This document shows positions 62,664-64,000 of a DNA stretch of 64,000 nt, piece after piece (positions within the stretch are counted from its first letter, which is position 1; each line of letters opens with the position of its first letter). Position numbers and translations under genes: made by a program. The notes below the pieces were generated by a model, which saw only the letters and a program-made list of their open reading frames with translations, had not been told where the DNA came from and did not search any database. Origin of the DNA: Bacilli bacterium (GTDB lineage: Bacteria; Bacillota_I; Bacilli_A; RFN20; CAG-826); NCBI GenBank assembly GCA_045597865.1, contig JAZLKX010000052.1, positions 96,001 through 160,000 of the forward strand, in the 5' to 3' direction.

Positions 62664-62882
62664 ATGATTATTCCACCATATAAGCCGGACCATGAGTATT
62701 CCTATTGGGAGTTAGCAAACAAGCACCCTGAGTATGCGCAAATGCTTGGTAATGCTTGGGCTCCATACGAGGCAAAACCTGACCTCGCAGGATTACCCCC
62801 GGAAGTGGTGAAAATGATACCTCAGGAATGCCGCGAAGGCAAACCGAATGACCGTATAGATGCATGGATCTTAACCAAATAA
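62664..62882 (+). CDS. hypothetical protein
   Basis: ORF, operon packing. Confidence 0.55.
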   Translation: MIIPPYKPDHEYSYWELANKHPEYAQMLGNAWAPYEAKPDLAGLPPEVVKMIPQECREGKPNDRIDAWILTK

Positions 62883-62889
62883 ATACTAT

Positions 62890-63447
62890 ATGGAAGAAGT
62901 GGAAGTAGCTTTAGACTTTTGGAATAAATTGAGCGAAGCGCTTGAAGACGAAAACGGCCTTAGCTGTTTGCGCCGTGTGGTAAATAATGCACGTGTGTTG
63001 AGCTCAATGATGGAAGCCAATGGCATGCTTACCGAAGCAAATAATCTTGTCAGCACAATGCAGACAATGAATAAGAAGTTGACGATGGCAACGCATAACC
63101 GTTCGGTTGATAATGTGTTGGTATTCGTATTTCTTAAATCATTGCTCACTTTGCCAACAAGAACTAAAGCATTCCGCCTTGGCCTAATTGATAAAGACGG
63201 TCGCCTGATTAAGCAGCCCAAAACAAAGGAAGAACATGACTGCATCTCAAATCTTGACTTGCTTATGTTCAAAATTCGTAAGTGGCTTGCTCCAAAAATG
63301 CAATTCTTAACCACCGTTTCTTGGCTAAAGAGCGCTGGAAACGATGCTCGTGTACAGAACTATTTCTCAAATACAGAAACTGTTTCAAGAACTTATATGG
63401 TCAATCGTGTAAACAAAGATCTTGAACGAATTTTAGATAAGGGTTAA
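62890..63447 (+). CDS. conserved T4-like-phage hypothetical protein
   Basis: TKAFRLGLIDKDG motif recalled from T4-like phages. Confidence 0.6.
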   Translation: MEEVEVALDFWNKLSEALEDENGLSCLRRVVNNARVLSSMMEANGMLTEANNLVSTMQTMNKKLTMATHNRSVDNVLVFVFLKSLLTLPTRTKAFRLGLIDKDGRLIKQPKTKEEHDCISNLDLLMFKIRKWLAPKMQFLTTVSWLKSAGNDARVQNYFSNTETVSRTYMVNRVNKDLERILDKG

Positions 63448-63449
63448 TT

Positions 63450-63677
63450 ATGGCTTGTCCTGAATGCGAAGCACAGCGTGCCGTTTATGGATTTGTGTTA
63501 GAAGTTGGCGGAATTTACATGTCCAAGGTTGAAGAAATCAAGGCATGTTGTCCAGTTGAAGTTGAGGTAACTGAAATTACCACGCTGGACGTCAAATTCA
63601 CACACAAAGGTAAAACCTATAAAATGAACAAAAAGAAATTTCTTAGCTCAAGCTGGAGAAAATATGAGTCATTTTAA
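63450..63677 (+). CDS. hypothetical protein
   Basis: ORF with CxxC start. Confidence 0.55.
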   Translation: MACPECEAQRAVYGFVLEVGGIYMSKVEEIKACCPVEVEVTEITTLDVKFTHKGKTYKMNKKKFLSSSWRKYESF

Positions 63678-63678
63678 G

Positions 63679-64000
63679 ATGCAACTAACAGAGGCAATAC
63701 AGATTCTTGAAGCCAATGGGTTTGGCGCTGAAATTACAAATAAGCGTTTGAGAAAAATGCTTGACGACGCTGGCTATTCTGATGTACATCTTATCAAAGG
63801 TGACGGATATCTTTATGTTGACTCTGATGATGCACAACATCAGGATTGGCTGAATGCTTTGGATAGCACATCAATTTATCTCAATTCATTTAATCAGCAG
63901 TCACCTGAAGAATGGTTCAATGACATTATCGTGATGCTTCGTAAAGGACGAAACGAATTCATTGCTCAGAATCCTGATGGACCTGAAGATGTAAATGAAG
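63679..64000 (+). CDS. partial hypothetical protein running off the window
   Basis: Frame open from 63664/63679 (MQLTEAIQILEANG...) to the end of the window. Confidence 0.55.
   Translation, partial: MQLTEAIQILEANGFGAEITNKRLRKMLDDAGYSDVHLIKGDGYLYVDSDDAQHQDWLNALDSTSIYLNSFNQQSPEEWFNDIIVMLRKGRNEFIAQNPDGPEDVNE

Noticed and set aside
1-64000. Stop-codon reassignment (TAG or TGA read as sense)
   Set aside because: Core genes are full length in the standard code, and TAG and TGA end genes directly before the next RBS or start.
1-64000. Minus-strand ORFs in the track
   Set aside because: They are shadows of well-supported + strand genes, with no recognisable motifs.
1-64000. CRISPR array, tRNAs, reverse transcriptase/DGR/retron
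   Set aside because: No regularly spaced repeats, cloverleaf/T-loop signatures or RT motifs seen by eye; tRNAscan and CRISPR finders were not run.

Overview
This 64 kb window is part of a large T4-related (Tevenvirinae-like, probably jumbo) dsDNA phage. It is AT-rich, genes are densely packed, and essentially all of them lie on the + strand. It holds the replication/recombination core (gp43 PolB, UvsX, gp41, gp33/gp59-like, gp32, RNase H, gp45, gp44, gp62), nucleotide and DNA-modification genes (gp42-like dCMP hydroxymethylase with an adjacent kinase, dCMP deaminase, dUTPase, a glycosyltransferase-like gene, a C5-methyltransferase), host-like auxiliary genes (YqeY, Pth2, PARG-like macrodomain, S4 domain, two GroES, SpoVG, ClpP, IF-1, a 1555-aa cadherin-repeat surface protein), a TnpB-only IS200/IS605 element and many small unknown ORFs. 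A Fibrobacter/FCB-type host is inferred, not shown. The most striking observation is a ~100-nt three-hairpin element found upstream of both paralogous Zn-finger/PD-(D/E)XK endonuclease genes: its two loops are complementary, they co-vary between copies, and they flank a TATAAATA late promoter. Other leads are a stand-alone Gol-peptide-like capsid fragment, a ~290-nt structured ncRNA candidate, a putative capsid-packaged NTase/ligase/nuclease trio, a ~105-bp inverted repeat pair 39 kb apart, and an unannotated RiPP-like peptide next to a GNAT. All calls come from reading motifs by eye; no database searches were run.
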